In this document: in pieces, positions 15,085-18,785 of the stretch | Numbering within the stretch: the first letter of the stretch is position 1 | Layout: each line of letters begins with the position of its first letter | Source: Promethearchaeia archaeon | Lineage (GTDB): Archaea > Asgardarchaeota > Lokiarchaeia > Sigyniarchaeales > SOKP01 | DNA: 18,785 bases | Reading direction: 5' to 3' | Assembly (NCBI GenBank): GCA_046483985.1 | Contig: JAWOCD010000068.1 | Span: 1-18,785, forward strand | Translations under genes and position numbers: made by a program | Notes under the pieces: model-generated | The model's input: the letters and a program-made list of their open reading frames with translations, nothing else | The model's database searches: none | Told to the model about the DNA's origin: nothing

Positions 15085-17211
15085 TCAGCCTTGAACTCTG
15101 CGAAAATGGCGGAATCTTCTCCTTCGAACTGACCGTGGTCGATGCCTAGCGTCCATATTCTGTAAATCTAAGCCGCTGAGGCCTTCTAAATTTTCGATGG
15201 ACTGGGGGATTGTTGAGATGTTATTATAGCCCAGTCGCAGAGAACGCAAAGAAGTCAATTTTGCTATGGATTCCGGAAGATTCGTCAGCTTATTATTCGC
15301 TAGGTCACATCGTCTAAGGTTTGTAAGGTCTCCAATTGAATCGGGAATGGATGTCAATTTATTATACCTCAAATATAGCCGATTGAGTTTCTTTACTGTA
15401 GTAATGGTGTTGGGTAGTATCGAGATTCTATTATATCCAAGAAACAATTTATGTAACGATGCTAGGTTACCCATCGATTTTGGTAATGCGGTGAGGTTAT
15501 TCTCATTGAGGTCAAGCAAATAAAGTGAACTACAATTCCCGATGGTTTCTGGAACTCTTTTCAAGTAATTCCTCTCTAGAAAGAGCTCATAAAGGGAGGT
15601 TAGCTTCCCTATTGAGGAGGGAAGGCTCTTTAATTTATTCTCTCCCACATCCAGCTGTTCAAGTCGTTTCAGGTTCCCGAGAGACTCCGGAAGTTTCACT
15701 AGTTTATTATTGGTCAAATTAAGCCTTTTGAGAGAGTGTAACTTACCGATAGAGTTTGGAAGACTCATCAATTTACAATCATTCAGTTCGAGGCTCACAA
15801 GTGTTGTTAATTGTGATATCGATTCTGGAAATTCGGAAATACTATTTCTGCTTACATCTAAGTGATGCAAGGATTGAAGGAATCCGATTGATTTAGGCAG
15901 ACGAGAGAGGCAATTATCTCTGAGATCCAAGCCGATGAGACATTCTAATTGTGATAGAGACTCCGGCAAGCAGATAATACGGTTATTGTTTAGTAACAGA
16001 TTTCTGAGTGAGGTAAGATTTCCGATAGACTCCGGTAACTCCGTGATGGTATTATCCATCAAATTGAGGCTGATGAGAGAACTGAGTGTTCCAAGGGACT
16101 CGGGAACCGTCGAGATATGATTATGTTTAAGGCATAATTCTCTAAGCGAGGTAAGCTGAAAAATGGAATCGGGAATCTCTGTCAATTGATTCCGTTCCAA
16201 TCTCAGCTCTTGAAGGCTGCTAAGTTTCCCAATCGAGTCCGGAAGGTCCTTTATCTCGCAGTTATAGAGCCCCAGTCCGACGATGGTACCATCTTCCACA
16301 ACAAAACCACACTGGGTATACCGAGAAATCTCAGATTGTAACCTCAATTTTTTACCGGTAAGCTTTTCAAGCTCGAAAACTACATTGATCTCTGCCTTGG
16401 AAAGCCCCAAGATATCAAATACCTTCCGTTTATATTTCTTGGAGAGAAAGGAAAAACATCCTTTTTCTAATCCAACATGGATAATATAAGCTCTGGGTTT
16501 TTTATCGGATAAGTAATCAAGGAGCAACTCTTGCAAAACCTCTTTAAAGGCATCGCTTGATTTTGTTTCCGACTGGAGTAACATTAAGATCAATTTTTCT
16601 TTGTCCATATCTTGCTTCATTAAATCGAGTTGATCGCGTAAAAGGTCTTGCGCTTTTTTGTTTCCCTTTACTGACCAATATCCCAAAAACGATATAAGCG
16701 CCTCTGAATTTTCTTCTCTTAACTTCTCTAAATCTAAAGATCCGAGGATGATATTGATCTGTTTTTTTTTTAAATAACCCAAGTACCCTTCATTTTCAAG
16801 AAAGCGCCGTACTATACGATTCCCACGCAGATAACGCTCCATGATCTCACGCCTGAACACCCGCTCTGCCTCTTTGCATCTCGCCTCCGTCAGCTCCTTA
16901 AGTAAAGGAAATGCTAGGTTCCTATGCAGCAGCTTGGTATCGTAGTTGTTCTCTACCCATGCTTGTAGATTCGAACAATGCCCCTTGAATTCCATTTCAG
17001 GAGAAATTTCAAGCTTTCGATATTCACTTGTTCGGTCTTGCTGCTCTATATCATCGATGGATCGTATCTCATCGTACTGTTCCAAGTTGTTTACATTTAG
17101 ATGAAATACGAGGTACTTGCATTGACGAAAAAATTTTCCATTCACATAGATATTCGTTTCTCCACTTTCCAATTTAACGGTAAGATACTCATTTATTTTA
17201 TATGTTTTCAT
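15085..17211 (-). CDS. LRR protein with the same conserved N-terminal domain and ~16-17 tandem 23-aa LRRs
   Basis: N-domain KINEYLTVKLESGETNIYVNG...EFKGHCSNLQAWVENNYDTKLLHRNLAFPLLKEL; LRR consensus LPxSIGxLxxLxxLxLxxNxLxx; Arg-rich C-terminal tail. Confidence 0.92.
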   Translation of the reverse strand: MKTYKINEYLTVKLESGETNIYVNGKFFRQCKYLVFHLNVNNLEQYDEIRSIDDIEQQDRTSEYRKLEISPEMEFKGHCSNLQAWVENNYDTKLLHRNLAFPLLKELTEARCKEAERVFRREIMERYLRGNRIVRRFLENEGYLGYLKKKQINIILGSLDLEKLREENSEALISFLGYWSVKGNKKAQDLLRDQLDLMKQDMDKEKLILMLLQSETKSSDAFKEVLQELLLDYLSDKKPRAYIIHVGLEKGCFSFLSKKYKRKVFDILGLSKAEINVVFELEKLTGKKLRLQSEISRYTQCGFVVEDGTIVGLGLYNCEIKDLPDSIGKLSSLQELRLERNQLTEIPDSIFQLTSLRELCLKHNHISTVPESLGTLSSLISLNLMDNTITELPESIGNLTSLRNLLLNNNRIICLPESLSQLECLIGLDLRDNCLSRLPKSIGFLQSLHHLDVSRNSISEFPESISQLTTLVSLELNDCKLMSLPNSIGKLHSLKRLNLTNNKLVKLPESLGNLKRLEQLDVGENKLKSLPSSIGKLTSLYELFLERNYLKRVPETIGNCSSLYLLDLNENNLTALPKSMGNLASLHKLFLGYNRISILPNTITTVKKLNRLYLRYNKLTSIPDSIGDLTNLRRCDLANNKLTNLPESIAKLTSLRSLRLGYNNISTIPQSIENLEGLSGLDLQNMDARHRPRSVRRRRFRHFRRVQG

Positions 17212-17240
17212 TTATTTCAGGCCCTCTGAATTTTATTGGT

Positions 17241-17339
17241 TCTTTTGATGTATTATACATCGTGTTTGAGTTTATTAATGTTTGGATTTTTAGGAGGCAT
17301 TTTACACCGATCTCTCTTTAATACTTACTACTATAAGAA
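17241..17339 (-). promoter_or_regulatory. Upstream/promoter region of the 708-aa LRR gene (copy 2 of the duplicated element)
   Basis: Minus strand reads AATCCAAACATTAATAAACTC (BRE/TATA-like) about 60-75 bp upstream of the ATG; near-identical to 12277..12324. Confidence 0.7.
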
Positions 17340-17390
17340 AATATCTGTCAAAAAAGCGAAGAAGAGCGCCAAAAATCCATGGAAAGTACT

Positions 17391-17491
17391 CTATCGACTT
17401 AGATATTTCCCGAAAACTTTACATTCCCCCACATCCTATCTTGAATTTAAGCCATGCAAATGGACAATTTAAAGCTTCAATTAACTACTCT
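17391..17491. repeat. Diverged direct repeat, copy 2 (copy 1 at 11892..11992)
   Basis: Same alignment as copy 1 (74/101 nt, ungapped). Confidence 0.8.
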
Positions 17492-17720
17492 TTAGCGCTT
17501 GTGGACCTAGCAAAAGAAGAGCATTAGATTTCCATAATTCTTGATGAAAACTCAATTTTCAATAAAATCTGGACCGCCCTTTCCAAAGTTTTGTCGGACA
17601 AAAGATTTAATAGGAGACGGGGGTGTATTTTTATTTAGTCAAATACTGATTTAGGATTTTCCTCCTAATATAACAGCTGGTATATTTAAACTAGATGCCG
17701 TTTCAAAGATTATTTGAATT

Positions 17721-17822
17721 ATGCTTTTTGTCAACTTGAGTCAAGCTTTAGAAGCAAGTAACCAAGGAAAGACCTATAACCATGAACAAGTAAAGGAACA
17801 ATCTCGAAAATGGTTACAATAA
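17721..17822 (+). pseudogene. C-terminal remnant of a ParD-type antitoxin
   Basis: MLFVNLSQALEASNQGKTYNHEQVKEQSRKWLQ* matches the GL.D..xG..xSHEEVK.R..KW tail of antitoxins preceding RelE/ParE genes. An in-frame TGA at 17715 cuts off the N-terminus; overlaps the toxin start. Confidence 0.6.
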
Positions 17823-18088
17823 AATGGACTGAACCTGCAAAAGAAGATCTTAAGGAGATTATTGACTATTTATCCCAAGATTCATCCCAATATGGGGAAT
17901 ACTTTCGATATAGAGTTTTTGAAGAAATTGAAAATATTAGAGACTTTCCTCTAATGGGAAGGATTAATCTTATCCAGTTAAAGAAGAACTGGAGCGACAA
18001 AGAGATCAAGTATCCGAATATTTCACATCTTTTGAGAATCTTTTTGTGGAACTCACTAGAAAAGAGCAACACTATGTTACCCAACTAA
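17810..18088 (+). pseudogene. RelE/ParE-family toxin, truncated after ...FPLMGRI (~17965)
   Basis: IKWTEPAKEDLKEIIDYLSQDS...FPLMGRI is canonical; the expected (V)PE...RE...YRIIY half is absent and replaced by unrelated sequence. Confidence 0.72.
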
Positions 18089-18138
18089 CATATAAATGGA
18101 AGCCAGATGTCCTTCCTAAGAAAAGCATAACCAAATAA
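17968..18138 (+). pseudogene. Start-less 3' fragment of an unidentified gene joined to the ParE breakpoint
   Basis: Open frame SYPVKEELERQRDQVSEYFTSFENLFVELTRKEQHYVTQLTYKWKPDVLPKKSITK* begins where ParE similarity ends, in a different frame. Confidence 0.4.
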
Positions 18139-18147
18139 CTCAGTGAT

Positions 18148-18228
18148 TTAAATTCCAACCTTTTTGGCATAATTTCGCAAAGATTTCTCATCTGAAGTCA
18201 TTAGATTTCTATATTCTAAAGCCAGTCT
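18148..18228 (-). pseudogene. Possible C-terminal remnant of a PIN/VapC toxin
   Basis: RLALEYRNLMTSDEKSLRNYAKKVGI* resembles the PIN C-terminus LA...L.T.D..L...A...GI. Confidence 0.4.
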
Positions 18229-18272
18229 TAAAAAAATATTTGTCCATTATGAGGAAAATTATGAATATTATC

Positions 18273-18785
18273 TCAATTGTTTTTCCTTTTCTTTTTATTG
18301 AACTTCGGGAAGAGTGCCCCCGTGTTCCTTTTATATTCCGTGTATTTTTTTCCGAACCGGCGCACTAAATCCCGTTCTTCGACAAGAATCATTATTGGGA
18401 GATAAAAAAGAACATAAACTACTAAAACAACGAATAGAAATAAAGAATTCACTAATAAAGCCAATGCGGGAAACATGGGAAATTCCCCTAAAGCTTGCGG
18501 GTGGCGAATATATCGATAAATCCCTCCGAATAATTCAGTATCGGGAGATGGGGAAGAAGATTCCGCTCCGGCGTCTTTCATTCCGAGAAACATGATGAGC
18601 CCGCCTATACTTAAAATAATAGCTCCAATCACCAAGCTTATCCACGCAGAAGGGAAAATTGAACAACTCAGAGAACGCACGGGAAACCACCACCATAAAA
18701 CAATATTTCCAAGACAAATAAACTCAAAAACCATAGCAACGGCCCGAAATTTACTACAAATATCCCATGCGCTTTTATCCCAAAA
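18273..18785 (-). CDS. Isoprenylcysteine carboxyl methyltransferase / PEMT-family membrane methyltransferase, 5'-partial
   Basis: GGIYRYIRHPQALG and EERDLVRRFGKKYTEYKRNTGALFPK motifs; the frame stays open past ATG 18734 to the window end. Confidence 0.88.
   Translation of the reverse strand, partial: FWDKSAWDICSKFRAVAMVFEFICLGNIVLWWWFPVRSLSCSIFPSAWISLVIGAIILSIGGLIMFLGMKDAGAESSSPSPDTELFGGIYRYIRHPQALGEFPMFPALALLVNSLFLFVVLVVYVLFYLPIMILVEERDLVRRFGKKYTEYKRNTGALFPKFNKKKRKNN

Noticed and set aside
9029-16489. Alternative-frame ORFs inside the LRR, TPR and Nmad3 genes
   Set aside because: Expected by chance in more GC-rich or repetitive coding DNA; no independent signals.
12156-17211. Diversity-generating retroelement (TR/VR) interpretation of the repeated segments
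   Set aside because: No reverse transcriptase in the window; mismatches are not adenine-specific; the repeat covers the conserved N-domain rather than a C-terminal variable region.
17236-17472. 78-aa plus-strand ORF with TTG start
   Set aside because: It runs across the LRR promoter element and the 101-bp repeat, whose other copy has stops in this frame.

Overview
AT-rich archaeal DNA, most likely Asgard (Lokiarchaeia/Promethearchaeia); this is inferred from the gene families, not from a marker gene. The left part (0.8-7.2 kb) is a coherent catabolic locus. A wHTH + V4R-like regulator is divergent from a cluster encoding a cobalamin/Fe-S QueG/reductive-dehalogenase-like enzyme, two Cys-type sulfatases and a poly-Cys 2x[4Fe-4S] protein. 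Palindromic operators lie between the regulator and the cluster, and the cluster contains a truncated second QueG/RdhA-like gene. The right part (9-18.8 kb) is an accessory region. It carries two LRR proteins that share a conserved ~150-aa N-terminal domain (HCSNLQAW...FPLLK) but have different LRR classes, a TPR + Nmad3-like gene pair, and an ICMT/PEMT-family methyltransferase. The apparent intergenic DNA is largely a patchwork of short gene relics not shown in the ORF track: a start-less third copy of the LRR N-domain core fused to a duplicated upstream region, an ICMT fragment, a 101-bp diverged repeat, and broken VapBC, ParDE and XRE-IrrE modules. A TumA/TumE-like TA pair is at the left edge.
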